Shown here: positions 51,614-64,000 of the stretch, in pieces | Position numbering within the stretch: position 1 is the first letter of the stretch | Layout of the letters: each line of letters opens with the position of its first letter | Source of the DNA: Paraspadella gotoi | Lineage: Eukaryota; Animalia; Chaetognatha | Direction of reading: 5' to 3' | NCBI GenBank assembly: GCA_051294375.1 | Contig: CM119269.1 | Coordinates: 11,638,883-11,702,882 of the forward strand | DNA: 64,000 nt | Made by a program: the position numbers and the translations under genes | Notes under the pieces: generated by a model | Database searches by the model: none | What the model was told of the DNA's origin: nothing | The model's input: the letters and a program-made list of their open reading frames with translations, nothing else

Positions 51614-54600
51614 ACTCATACACGCATTTGTTTGTTTTATTTATGATGAATGATTCTTTGCGTCAATGAATGACTATCATCGCATCAATGAATGACTATC
51701 ATCGTATCAATGAATGATAATCATTACATCAATGAATGACTATCATCGCATCAATCATTTGGTTATTATCACATCAATCATTTGGTTATCATCACATCGA
51801 TCATTTGGTTATCATCGCATCAATTATTGGTTATCATCGCATCAATATTTGATTATCATCGCATAAATCATTTTGTTATCATCGCATCAATCCTTTGGTT
51901 ATCATCGCATCAATATTTGATTATCATCGCATAAATCATTTGGTTATCATCGCATCAATCCTTTGGTTATCATTGAAGGTAGGCGAGATCCTATTCTTTT
52001 AAGATTTTTTCACTATATTCGCCAGTCTATCAGTACATTCTTCTGTCCGTCCATCCGTCCATTGGCGAAAGCAACTGCCGACTGTAGAGTTTCGCGTCTC
52101 GATTCTTGTACTGTTCAAGGTCAAACATATTCAAGGTCAAACACATTAAAAGTCAAACACATTCAAGGTCAAACACATTCAAGGTCAATGACATTCCTTC
52201 CCGCCAGATTCGTTCGTCTTTTGAAAGTCGCCGATAGCAGCGTCTCTAAAAAGACTTTTTTCGGTCGGTCAGTCTGTGATTCGTATTTTTTATCTGTTTA
52301 TATCGTAAAGGCAAAATATATATTTTTTTTAAAAATATTCTAATTTAACAATTGTTATTTTTTTAATCGACTCGCCAAATGTCTTTCTTTCAGTAAATAT
52401 CGAAATATTAGAATTTATTACGATTTAATGAAAAGGTTTGAATTAGTTTCTGTAACCAATTTATTTTAGTACAAAACGGACATGGAGGATGGAGGCTTTA
52501 AAAACCAAAGCCGTAACATGTCCGTTTTGTACTAAAATAAATTCGTTACAGAAACTAATTCAAACCTTTTCATTAAAACTCTAAACGTAACGAAAAGAAA
52601 GGATCGTAATATAATGAATTTAATACGAAATTTTTTTATAATATGTTATATCTTTAATTTTAGGTATTTAAGAAATAAATTTTAGTCTCAGAAAATAGTG
52701 AAGAGGCAGAGTGAATCAAAGCAGCATTATTTACTGCCTCTTCTCTGCATAATCTATATCAATTATCATTGTCTTGTCTTATCTTGTTTTGTATTTTATG
52801 ACAATAAAACTACTCGAACTTGAACGATATTGCCAAGCATTTTTTATAACCCTCCCCTCCTTATAACTTTCAAAAAAATTACCCCCTGTGACCACTCTAT
52901 GACCTCTCCTCTCCACAGAGGTTAAGGGACCGGAACGCGGAAATTGGGGCAACCAGATCGAGTTCATCCTTACTTGCGTCTCTTACGCCGTCGGCCTGGG
53001 CAACGTCTGGCGATTTCCTTACCTCTGCTACAAAAATGGGGGCGGGGCTTTTCTCATCCCTTACATCATCATGTTGGGTCTGGCCGGGTTGCCCATCTTC
53101 TTCATGGAGCTCGCCTTCGGACAGGTTGGTTCATTAGTGGGCGTGGCGCTTGGGAAAGATCGAGAACGAGGCTCGAATAAAAACCGAGTGTTCTTTTGTT
53201 TTCTAGTTCGCTTCCTTGGGGCCAATCACGATATGGAAATGTTGTCCGATGATGAAGGGTCTTGGATACGGTATGTACTCAATTCATGTAATACATACAA
53301 TATATCGTTTATTCAAACGTACGGGGTAAAAAAATAAAATTTCGGTGTTTTTTTTTCTCAAGAATGTATTAACCTAAAATATTACCGATTTTTTTAGGCG
53401 TTTTCACTGGAATCAGGAATATTTGAAAAATTAATTAGTAATTAGTAATTAGTGTAACAATATTACTAATTAGTATTTTCTCATTGGTGCAATTCCTCGT
53501 GGATTTACTACTACTAGAGCCAAACTTTGTCAATGGGGTGGGTCAGAAGTTTGATTTGGGAACCTTTCCAAATGAAACTACATACATTTCTGAGGAAACT
53601 TTCAATGGACCAAAATTTTCTAAAATAGCTAGAAGCATTAGTAATTAATTTTTTAATATTTATTTATAGATAAGAAATGTAAAAAAAACTTTTTTTCATT
53701 TTTTATTTTTAAAAGCAGATTCAAACAGCTTATGCAAAGTTATCTGCACAAAGTATAATTCTTTTTTCAATATTTTGATGATAAGTGGGTTAAAATTGGG
53801 AAAGACCTTAAAAAATCATTATCATCATTATCAGACGATAATTTTAGCAGTTTTTACTATTTTTTAGTAATAAAACATGACAATTTTAAAAACTTTTTAA
53901 GCTCTATCAGAATCAATTAAAAAAACTTAAAATATCCAAAAAAAATTTTTGACATTATATATAAATATAATAATATTAATTAGCGAATTACTCATGGTTC
54001 GGAACATTTTTGCCAAAAAATATTTTAACACAATAATTAAAACCAATAATGGATTAGTTTAATGCTGTTCCCATTAAAATTTGAATTCGGTCCCCTAACT
54101 AGCATTTCTAAATAATTTTTTAAGTCCTTGTAAAACCATTACAAATTGCTTAATAAAAATCATCTAAATCCAGTACAAGAGATAATTTTTCAACATCGTC
54201 ATTATTCTTATAATTTATTATTTTGGTGATAACGTTGTTATTTATTTTTATCATTATCATTTAATATGATCAACCTCCCCACAAAAACCACCCAGGAATG
54301 GTGACAGTGAGTTGGTACATCTGCATCTACTTCGCTGTCCTCATTTCTTACATCCTCTTCTTCTTCTTCGCATCCTTGACATCCGAGGTCCCCTGGTCAT
54401 CTTGCAACAACACTTGGAACTCCGTCAACTGCGCCGTCTCCAGACGCAACGCCTCCGACGTCGCGGCGTTCAGCGGCGCCACGCCCACCACGCCATCTCA
54501 CGAGTTTTATTATCGAAACGTGCTCAACCTTAGCGACGGTTCGGAAAGAGATGATTTTTGTTTTTTGTGGTTTTTTTTAGCTGTTTTCGTTTTCTTGTAA

Positions 54601-54886
54601 TTTTAAATCGTAATTTGTTTGATTTTTTTTTACTTTTATTTTTAAACAATGTCTAAAGTTAGGGGCAAGCATTAAAAAAATGGATAATATTATATTGGTT
54701 ATACACTTTTTATAAAGTTAGATATACAAAATTACAAATTAGAGCTCATTTTATAAGAGCATGACGTAAATTTTGAAGCACCTTTATTAGTCATCATTTC
54801 TTCGTCTTTTTATTTTTTGATAATGTTTTTTATGACTTGATTATTAAGCTATAATTGAAACCTTTTTCTTCTTAATTTTCTTTCCT

Positions 54887-54953
<67 letters not shown>

Positions 54954-56761
54954 CTCAGAAATCGGAGACCTCGGCGCACCAGAGTGGCGGTTGACTCTCC
55001 TTCTCATTTTGTGTTGGACCATCGTTTGTCTCGGGCTTATCAAGGGGGTTCAGAGCCTCGGAAAGGTCTCTTACTTTACGGCCATTTTCCCTTATTTTCT
55101 TATCACTGTTCTTGTGATTAGGGGATCCATGCTTGATGGTAGGATATTTGGATGAATGTGATAAGTGAATAATGTGATAAGGGACAAATATGAAACCTAA
55201 GGATGTAATGTTAAGCAATAAATGAATTTGGATTAACGACTATTTTCCAATATTCATCTATTTTTATATTCCTATAATTCATTTGTGAAAATTTATTATT
55301 TTCTAGTAATATTTATCTACTCATTTATCTATTTGTTTATTCATTTCTTTATTTATCTAAATAGGGGCGATTGATGGAATAAAGTTCTACATCGAACCAA
55401 AATTCGAAAAATTGCTGGATCCCCAAGTTTGGGCCGACGCGGCAGTTCAGATATTTTATTCGTTAGGTTAGTTTAAAAACTTCAAATCATTCATCGAAAA
55501 TAATAAATGAGCAAACGTTTGATTTTAAATTTTAAATTCCCCTTCATCTTTCAGGACCGTGTATGGGAACGCTAATCACGATGTCATCTTTTAACACTTT
55601 CAAGAACAATTGTTTAAGAAACGCCATAACTGTGGCATTGATTAATTGTTGCACTTCTATCTACGGTGGATTCGCAATCTTTTCCGTCGTTGGGTTCATG
55701 GCGTTTCAGGTATCATTGTATTAGATGCATAGTTGGGAAAAACTTGTCAGATAAGTACATAATTGGAGAGAACCGTAATTGGTTTCGGACCCTCGGTGAC
55801 TCGCCTTTTGTCTCTGACATAAATAAACTGGTCCCGTCTCGTTTAGGTAAGATACAAGAACACCCAGGGATCGACATAGGGACTCACGGTTAAGACGAAG
55901 TAACTTAGCCAACACCAATACAATCTCATGTTCGGTTCCACCCTAAATTAGGCAGGAGTTCCCATAGCGGAGGTGGCGTCGGCTGGACCAGGTCTCGCCT
56001 TTGTGGTCTATCCCGAAGGCCTCGCACAAATGCCCATCGCTCCTTTGTGGTCAGCTCTTTTTTTCTTCATGATGTTCACCATTGGAATGGGTTCGATGCT
56101 GTCTCAGGTGAGAGGTTCTCTTCTTGGTTGTGAAGTGATCGTTTTGCGGGAAATGTGAATGTGAACAAGGTAATACATATTACGGTCATAGAAGGATTTA
56201 ATGAATAAATAAAGTAAGTGTAACTTAATTAAACATTTTTGAAGTAGCAGTAAAAAAGTTTTAAAAAAAGGTAATTTTAGCATCTCGAACAGAAAGGTGA
56301 AATATCATAATGATTACAGATCAATTTTGATCGTACATAGTACATACAATATTCTAAACCATGTTATAACAAATATCCACGTTATTCTACGGTTACAGCT
56401 CGAAACCGTAATTTCCGCTCTGCTGGATGAACTTCCCGTCTTTAGAACGAAAAGGAAAATTTGGAAATTCAATGTAGACATGAGTATCATATTTCGAATT
56501 GGTATCTGCGTTTTCGGATTCTTTTTGGGCATTCCGCAGGTACTAATTTAAAACTCCTAAAAATGTTTAGCGAGATTGGGAATTGCTACGATGTAATAAA
56601 TTTAAAACCTTGAAACGAATAAGTTGCTTGGAGGGTTTCAGCCGGCGTTTTTCTCTGTGGGACAAATTCTCATTCGCCGGTTTTCTGATACTTCGATCGT
56701 TCATCATTTTTTTAAACGTCTCGCTTTCTTGTAATTTCATTATTCACTATTAGTTGTAAAG

Positions 56762-56822
<61 letters not shown>

Positions 56823-58607
56823 AATTATTTTCGAAAGGTTTAATTTCGGTCTTTTTCTTTCTTATCTTTTTTCTTTTTTTTCTTCTTCTCATTCTTCAAA
56901 ACGTTTTAGTTATATTTATGAGTAATAAATGTTTGTTTTGATGACATTTGACATTTTGTTATTTTTCCCTCGGTATCGTAAAAGTCCTCAAGTTAATAGA
57001 TTATTTAGAACAAGGAACGGTTATTACAAGGTCTTGCGCCGCATTATTTTTCTTTTTACTTTCTTAATATTTCATGATATATACTTTGTATTTATGTTAC
57101 AAAAACAAGAACGGTAATTCAAATGTGTTGCGCTGCAGTGACTGCCTTATTACGTGTATTTTTTGTGACATGACATGACAGGACATGACGTGAAGTAACA
57201 CGACTACATGACTACAATAACTTCTTAAGCCCGTTTATTTATGACATGCACTGTCTTTTATTTTATTTTAGTTTTAGGATTTCCTGAAGGTGGCGCTTGC
57301 AGTCACTTAGATTTGAGGTTTTTTTTAGTCTCAACAAAAGAGCAACCAACTATAAGGAAATAATTATGCATTTTTATCGTAAGTGGGACAAACTAACGGA
57401 CAGACCGACCGATAGACCAACCGAAAAGTAACTTATAAAGTTGTTCCGCGAGTACTCGCGGCGCAAATAAAAACAAAAGGCGGCGCTAGTAGTTACTTAG
57501 ATTTGAGGTTTTTTCCTGTTTCAACAAATAAGCAACTAACTATAGGCATATTTTAAGCATTTTTAACGTAAGTAAGACAGACTGATGGACAGACATACAG
57601 ACTGACGGACCAACAGTCCGACCGACAGACCGACCGAAAAGTTGCTCCCCGAATACTCGCGGCGCACCTAAAAATCAGATTTAATTAAATCAACCAGTAG
57701 TCAGGAAGTTTATGAAATGATTCATACATTCTTTATTGGATTTTTTAATTGGATATTTTAGAATTTAGATAATGCTTAAAGTATGTATAAATAGATTATT
57801 ACGTATGTATAATTGCCATGATCATCATTATATAGCTAGACTGAAAATAATTATTTCTTTTTATATCAGGTGACGAGAGGAGGATTTTATTTGCTCAATT
57901 TGATGGACAACTACGTCGGTGGCATCAACTTGTTAATCTTGGGTTTTTTCGAAATTGTAACCATCATGTATATTTATGGATACGACTATTTCGCGCAGGA
58001 CATTGAACTTATGCTCGGCAAAAAACCCAATATTTATTGGAAGGTTAAAAATATCCCTAAGAAAATATTCTAATTTAAGAATATATAAATTTAAACAATT
58101 TTAGACAAAAATTAAAGAATTTAAGATATATTGATTCTATAAATTAGTATTCAGATATATATAAAAAAAATTTACTACATAAATTAATTCAAATTAAATT
58201 TTGAATTTATAATTTTCTTAAACAGATCTGCTGGAAATTCTTGACTCTCTTGGCTTTATTCTTCATCATCGTTTTCTTGATAATCAAGTATGTTCCTCCG
58301 ACTTGCGGAGATTACGTCTATCCCAGTTGGGCAATCTCCATGGGTTGGCTCATTTCTATCTCCTCAATCATCTGGCTGCCATTGTTGGCGATGAAGGTGA
58401 GACTTTAGTTCACGTCCCAAAGTCGAACACATCATTTCCTTCTCCAGAACTTTTTAGGAATTTTTCATAAGTTATTAACCTTTATTATTTTCTTTACGAT
58501 AAAATCTTTGATCTGAGATGAAAGTTTTACTTTCATTTGAACGTTTTTTCTCTCGCCCTGTCTTTCCTTCTATATTTCCCTCTTTTTTGTTCCTTTCTTT
58601 TTGTTTT

Positions 58608-58663
<56 letters not shown>

Positions 58664-59044
58664 ATACCTATTTCTTATACTTTTTCCTTTATTCTTTCTT
58701 TTCTTCTTTCTTTTTTCTATCTCTTTCTGTTTTCTCTCTGCCTCCATCTCTCTCTTTCTCTACCTCTACCCCATTTCTCTTTCTCTCACTCTCCCCCCCG
58801 ATCTATCTCTCTCCCCACCTCCCTCTCTCTCTCCCTCAGGTCTACTGCCAGCGTAGCGGGATGTGGCAACAAGTCAAAGAGATGTGTCACGCTGACGGAG
58901 ATTGGGGTCCAGCGCACGAAGAGGATCGATTAGGACGATACGCGGGACCTGGATTCGATCAGGTGAGAAACCCGGTTGTGATTTTAAAACCTGATGGGTA
59001 TTGCTATTTTATTATTATTACTATTACTAGTTTTCTACTACCAT

Positions 59045-59088
<44 letters not shown>

Positions 59089-59537
59089 TTATTATTATTA
59101 GCTATTACTAGAAACTTATGCACAATAGGTCAAAAGACTTGAATACGATTGATCAATTAAACCCAACACTATTGGGAAAAAGACCTGTATGTGATGAGTG
59201 ATTTGTTACTGAATGCATTGAGTCAAGAGATCAAGTCACAACTGCTTTTAAAAGATGGAAACATTATGTGATTACGATAAATTCTATAATTAAATAACAA
59301 TCTATAATTAAAGTAAAACAAACAATAAATATTAATAATCCTTTCACAGGAGGAAGTTGATTGCAGCACAGAAACGGAACGAGAAGAAGTACTGGTCGAT
59401 TTAAAAAGACGAGCGCCGATTCCAAAACAAGTTCTTTGAGAAAAAAATCAACACAAACTCGCCAAAGAGGAAAAACCAACGCCAAAAATATGTTTGTAAT
59501 TAAATGTACAAAAACCTAGTCCCGTTGTTACTGTTGT

Positions 59538-59568
<31 letters not shown>

Positions 59569-61615
59569 CATGGCTAAACACTTCCTTCTTTTTTTCTTTT
59601 TGATGTGTGACAATTTTACAAGCGCCGGTAGAAATACGCTGTCGTTTGCAAACCAGTGGTTATTTCATTGATTTTAAAATTTAGTTGAGTAGAAAATACT
59701 AAAACTATTTATGTGTTAAAATTTTATATTGATCAGTTAAGATATTCCTTAACAATGAATGGAGAAAGTTGACTTTTCAAATCGGGTTTCATTTTTTTCC
59801 AACTCACTGTTTTTAAATTCCATTTTTTTTGGGAACTTTTAGTACTTTTTTAAACAAACTATTTATTAAAATATTAACAATATTAATATACTCAGAAAGC
59901 CCTTAAAAATATGAAGAGAATTATATACTTACGAATACTGTAGTATAAAATTTAACTTCTCCAGCTTTAATAATTAGGATATTCAAAAACGAGACATCTT
60001 TTTAAAAATCAATAGCTGGAGAGTAAATTTATAATTTTTATCAAATTGTGATTGGCTATCTTAAATCTTTTTTTTCAGGCTCTTTCATGTTACTTATATA
60101 AAAATAATATTTTTTGTTATAATAATTTAAACAGGTCATATANNNNNNNNNNNNNNNNNNNNNNNNNAAAAAGAGAGAAGATTATATATATATATATATA
60201 GAAAAAACATGCTAAACACCCTTTTTTTTTTTCTTTTTGATGTGTGCCGACAATTTGACAAATTGACAAGCGCCGGTAAGAAATTACGCTGTCGTTGCAA
60301 ACCATGTGCGTTATTTTCATTGATTTAAAATTTAGTTGAGTAGAAAAATACCTAAAACTATTTATGTGTTAAAATTTTATATTCGATCAGTTAAGATATT
60401 CCTTGCAATGAATGGACGAAAGTTGACTTTTCAAATCGGGTTTCATTTTTTCCAACTCACTCGTTTTTAAATTCAATTTTTTGGGGGAACTTTAGTTACT
60501 TTTTAAACAAAGTATTTATTAAAATATAACAATATTAATATACTCAGAAACCCTTAAAAATATGAAGAGATTATATACTTACGAATACTGTTAGTATAAA
60601 ATTAACTGTCCAGCTTATATATTAGGCATATTCAAAAACGAGACATCTTTTTAAAAATCAATAGCTGGAGAGTAATTTATAATTTTTATCAATTGTGATT
60701 GGCTATATCTTAATCTTTTTTTTCGGCTCTTTCATGTTACTTATATAAAAAATAATATTTTTGTTAATAATTATAATTTGGTAATCCTTTTTGTGTTCGC
60801 GGTTTACGGAAAAAAAGTTGTGCTAATTTATTATATAAAAATTTGACGTTCACTACAGTGTGAAGACTAATATTTTCGTATATTTTAAAGTCAAATTTTA
60901 AAAAATAACATCTTGACACTCTTAATTGAAACCAAAGGCTGGGCAGCTACTTTTTAGAGGCTTTCGAAAGTATATCACTCTTCATATTTTTAAGCGGCTT
61001 TCCTGGAGGATATTATATTGTTAACTATTTAAATATTTTAATAAATACCTTGTTTAAAAAAGTGCTAAAAGTTTTAAAAAAAATTGAATTTAAAAACAGT
61101 GAGTTGTAAATTGAAGCCCGATTTGAAAAGCCAACTTTCTCCACTCATTGTCAAGGCATATCTTAACTGATAAATATAAAATTTTAACACATAAATAGTT
61201 TTAGTATTTTCTACTCAACTAATTTTTAAAATTATTGAAATAACCACTGGTTTGCAAATGACAGCATATTTCTACCGGCGCTTGTAAAATTGTCACCATG
61301 TTGTTTAAGAATTATTTAAACGCAACTTTTTTTGTCGAAAATTGTAAATAATTGTTTAACTTCCAAAAAACTTTAGAAATTTTACAAGAATTATCAAAAA
61401 CTTTCAAGAACATCAATAAACAGTCAAGAACTAACCAGAAATATTCTGAAATGTCATCACTGTCTTATCACTGCGTATTATCACAGCGTATCATCACAGC
61501 GTATCATCACTGACCTGCTGCTGAATTTCTGGGGATTCTCTTCCCTCGCGTGATGAAAATCCAAACACAAGTCAGCGTCGATCCCGATACCTACGTAATT
61601 GTTCATCACGAAAAT
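27733..61615 (-). CDS. DGKQ: Diacylglycerol kinase theta-like, 3' exons (accessory domain and C-terminus); 5' part lies outside the window
   Basis: Phase-compatible GT-AG exons: 61615-61515 ([26 protein letters not shown]), 46554-46467 ([14 protein letters not shown]), 45793-45671 ([23 protein letters not shown]), 45180-45070 ([20 protein letters not shown]), 44657-44510 ([19 protein letters not shown]), 29096-29022 (EPTILSP..), then last exon 28917-28790 or 27839-27733. Confidence 0.9.
29200..29622. repeat. ~21-bp tandem repeat
   Basis: TTTTTTCAACTTGCATAATTT units. Confidence 0.9.
32495..32860. repeat. ~23-bp tandem repeat (mirror copy at 51665-51975)
   Basis: GATGATAACCAAATGATTGATGC units. 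Confidence 0.9.
33800..33840 (-). ncRNA. Minimal type I hammerhead ribozyme (1-nt deletion in stem II)
   Basis: Minus strand AATG CTGATGA AGGCTTGTAGTTAAGC GAAACATGTC CGTT. Confidence 0.65.
34233..35045. mobile_element. Non-autonomous DNA transposon with TTAA TSD (Kolobok-like)
   Basis: TTAA at 34229-34232 and 35046-35049; imperfect TIR GACAAAGGGTC / GACCTTTCCTC; splits the left pLTR arm. Confidence 0.6.
35099..35300 (+). pseudogene. Penelope GIY-YIG endonuclease C-terminal remnant
   Basis: [11 protein letters not shown]...[16 protein letters not shown] matches the H..H..R.I.EAIYI...P.LN end of PLE endonucleases. Confidence 0.75.
36189..36230 (+). ncRNA. Minimal type I hammerhead ribozyme
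   Basis: Stem I AATG/CGTT, CTGATGA, stem II GGCTT/AAGCC, GAAACATGTC with palindromic ACATGT stem III. Confidence 0.85.
36390..36588. mobile_element. ~200-bp MITE-like element (mirror copy ~50515-50712)
   Basis: TIR AAAACGGTAAGTCCCAGCCAAACCTA / TAGGTTTGGCTGGGACTTACCGTTTT. Confidence 0.7.
47202..48212 (+). mobile_element. Full-length Helentron/DINE-1-like element (mirror copy 38893-39899)
   Basis: AACAAGTTTGAGCAAACAATGTCGGATCTGC ... GGATCTGCTGATAAGCAGATCCGACTAAAA; subterminal inverted repeat GTCGGATCTGC; A/T-run flanks, no TSD. Confidence 0.6.
50244..59439 (+). CDS. SLC6 (NSS) Na+-dependent amino-acid-type transporter; start exon not identified
   Basis: In-phase GT-AG exons 50244-50419, 52919-53124 ([33 protein letters not shown]), 53207-53270, 54296-54538 ([10 protein letters not shown]), 54959-55138, 55365-55466 ([14 protein letters not shown]), 55555-55709, 55952-56107 ([11 protein letters not shown]), 56399-56539, 57870-58043, 58226-58396, 58840-58962, 59350-59439 (stop). 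Confidence 0.93.
52424..52615. mobile_element. 190-bp palindromic remnant of a Penelope-like inverted pLTR (copies ~31860-32043, ~62490-62675)
   Basis: ~60-bp inverted arms ending in the hammerhead 3' part ACATGTCCGTTT; tail resembling AACGAAAGAAAGGAT; TSD GAATTTAWTACGA at 52411-52423 and 52616-52628. Confidence 0.6.
57120..57672. repeat. Second dispersed repeat family (also ~40757-41070 and ~46050-46360)
   Basis: Shared TGTGTTGCGC(C/T)GCAGT, GACATGAC, GACCGACC and TACTCGCGGC blocks. Confidence 0.5.
59606..61300. mobile_element. MITE, same family as 19980-20939, with a gap-associated internal duplication
   Basis: Same TIR sequence; 60168-60770 repeats ~59530-60142 with many indels after an N gap. 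Confidence 0.75.
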
Positions 61616-62067
61616 CTGAAATGTTTAATTTAAATACATTAATAAGCAATAAGCATTATTAAGAAGTGATGATGTGCAATTGTGTAGAGAATTAATTTGT
61701 GAATTATCTGAAATGAGAATGAGTTCCTCAATCTCACATGAGTCGAGTCTTCCTTTTCATTCGACGAGTCAGTGATGGTCACCTCTCTCTCTCTCTCTCT
61801 CTCTCACTCACATGAGTCGAGTCTCCTTTTCATTCGACGAGTCAGCGATGGTCACCTCTCTCTCTCTCTCACTCAAATGAGTCGAGTCTCCTTTTCATTC
61901 GACGATTCATGATGGTCACCTCTCTGTCTTTCTCTCTCTCACCCTCACTGAGTCGAGTCCTCCTTTTCCTACGCGAGTCGAGTCCTCCTATTTTCCTCAA
62001 GGAGTCAGCGAACGGTCAATTGTTCACGCATCCCTCTCTCTCNNNNNNNNNNNNNNNNNNNNNNNNN

Positions 62068-64000
62068 TCTATCAGTACATTCGTGTTCTGTCCGTCGCAT
62101 CGCGTCCATTGGTGGAAAAGAGCAACTTGCGGCGACTGTAGCAGTTTCGCGTTCTCGATCTGTTACTGTTCAAGATCAAACATATTCAGGTCAAACACAT
62201 AAAAGTCGAACAACACTTCAGGGTCAAACACAGTTCGAAGGTCAGAACACATTCCTTCCCGGCCAGATTGCGTCGTCTTTGAAAGTCGCCGATAAGCAGC
62301 GTCTCTAGAAAAGACTTTTTTTCGGTCGGGGTCAGTCTGTGATTCGTATTTTTTATCTGTTATATCGTAAAGGCAAAATATATATTTTTTAAAAAAAAAT
62401 TTCTAATTTAACAAATGTTATTTTTTTTAATCGACTCGCCAAATGTCTTCTCTTTCAGTAATTATGGGATATTAGAAATTTATTACGATTTTAATGTGAA
62501 AAGGTTTGAATTAGTTTCTGTAACCAATTTTTTTAGTACAAAACGACATGGAAGATGGAGGTTTAAAAAACCAAAAGCCGTAACATGTCCGTTTTGTACT
62601 AAAATAAATCGTTACAGAAACTATCAAACCTTTTCATTAAAACTCTAAACGTAACGAAAGAAAGGATCGAATAAATGAATTTAATACGAAAATTTTTATA
62701 ATATGTATATTCTTTAATTTGAGGTATTTAAAAATAATTTTAGTCTCAGAAAAACAGTGAAGGAGGCAGAGTGAATCAAAGCACATTATTTACTGCCTTT
62801 CTTCTCTGCTAATCTATATCATTATCATTTGGTCTTGTCTTATCTTGTCTTGTATTTTATTTACAAATAAAACTTACTCGAACTTGAACGTAATAAAACT
62901 ACCCCTCTTTGTTGAGTAAATATTGCCAAGCATTTGATAACCCTCCCCTCCTTATAACTTTTAAAAAAAAATTATTACCCCCTGTGACACCTCTATGACC
63001 TTTCCTCTACACAGAGGTTAAGGACCGGAACGCGAAGAAAATTTGGGGCAACCAGATAGAGTTTCATCCTTACTTGGGTCTCTTACGCCGTCGCCTGGGC
63101 AACTCTGGCGATTTCCTTCCTCTGCACAAAATGGGCGGCGGGCTTTCTACCCCCTTACATCATCATGTGTGGGTCTGGCCGGCGTTGCCCATCTTCTTTC
63201 ATGGAGTCGCCTTCGGACAGGTTGGTTCAGAGTGGGCGTGGGCGCTTGGGAAAGGAATCGAGAACGAGGCTCGAATAAAAAACCGAGTGTTTCTTTTTTT
63301 TCTAGTTTCGCTCCTCGGGGCCAATCACCGATATGGAAATGTGTCCGATGATGAAGGGTCTTGGATACGGCTATGTACTCAATTCATGTATACATTACAA
63401 TATATCGTTTATTCAAACGTACGGGGTAAAAAAATAAAATTTCGGTTCTTTTTTTTTTTTCTCAAGAATGTATAATTAAACTAAAATATTACCGAGTTTT
63501 TGTGAAAGGCGTTTTTATTGGTGCAATTTCCTCGTGGATTTACTACTACTAGAGCCAAACCTTTGTCAATGGGGCTGGTCAGAAGTTGATTGGGAACCTT
63601 TCCAAATGAAAACTACATACATTTCTGAGGAAACTTTCAATGACCAAAATTGCCAAAAAATATTTTAACCACAAATAATTAAAACCAATAATGGATTAGT
63701 TTAATGCTGTCCCATTAAAATTGAAATTCGGTCCGCAAACTAGCATTCTAAATAATTTTTTAAGATCCTTGTAAAACCATTACAAATTGCTAGTAAAAAT
63801 CATCTAAATCCAGTTACAAGAGATAATTTTTCAACATCGTCATTTATTCTATATAATTTATTATTTTGGTTATAACGTTGTTATTTATTTTATCATTATC
63901 ATTTAATATGATCAACCTCCCACAAAAACCACCCAGGAATGGTGACAGTGAGTTGGTACATCTGCATCTACTTTCGCTGTCCTCATTTCTTACATCCTCT
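62068..64000 (+). pseudogene. Indel-ridden direct duplicate of the SLC6 5' region (52026-54357), probably an assembly artefact
   Basis: Begins at an N gap; same introns and exons with dense 1-bp indels that frameshift the TM1 exon. Confidence 0.7.

Noticed and set aside
62068-64000. True tandem SLC6 paralog
   Set aside because: It starts at a gap and differs mainly by dense 1-bp indels typical of uncorrected long reads; it cannot be excluded without reads.

Overview
AT-rich, repeat-dense eukaryotic (animal-like) genomic DNA from an error-prone assembly, with N gaps at 30987-30996, 43067-43091, 43182-43206, 60143-60167 and 62043-62067. Two spliced genes can be traced. The first is the 3' half of a diacylglycerol kinase theta-like gene on the minus strand (exons 61615 down to 28790 or 27733, with two alternative last exons). 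The second is an almost complete SLC6 amino-acid-type transporter on the plus strand (50244-59439), nested antisense in a ~15 kb DGK intron. Segment 44050-53114 recurs inverted at 31363-43066, probably as a second haplotype or inversion allele. Mobile DNA includes a young Ty3/Gypsy element (4763-10408), Penelope-like inverted pLTR elements with minimal hammerhead ribozymes, Helentron-like repeats and several MITEs. The most unusual signal is three related families of ~230-270 bp LTRs. They occur as miniature LTR-PBS-PPT-LTR elements and as solo LTRs with 4-bp TSDs. Each LTR carries a tRNA-derived Pol III-type promoter followed by a circularly permuted (type-P5) twister ribozyme fold, supported by covariation in P2, P4 and both pseudoknots. 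This looks like an animal LTR 'retrozyme' built on twister rather than hammerhead. All of this was read by eye; ribozyme activity and novelty are untested.
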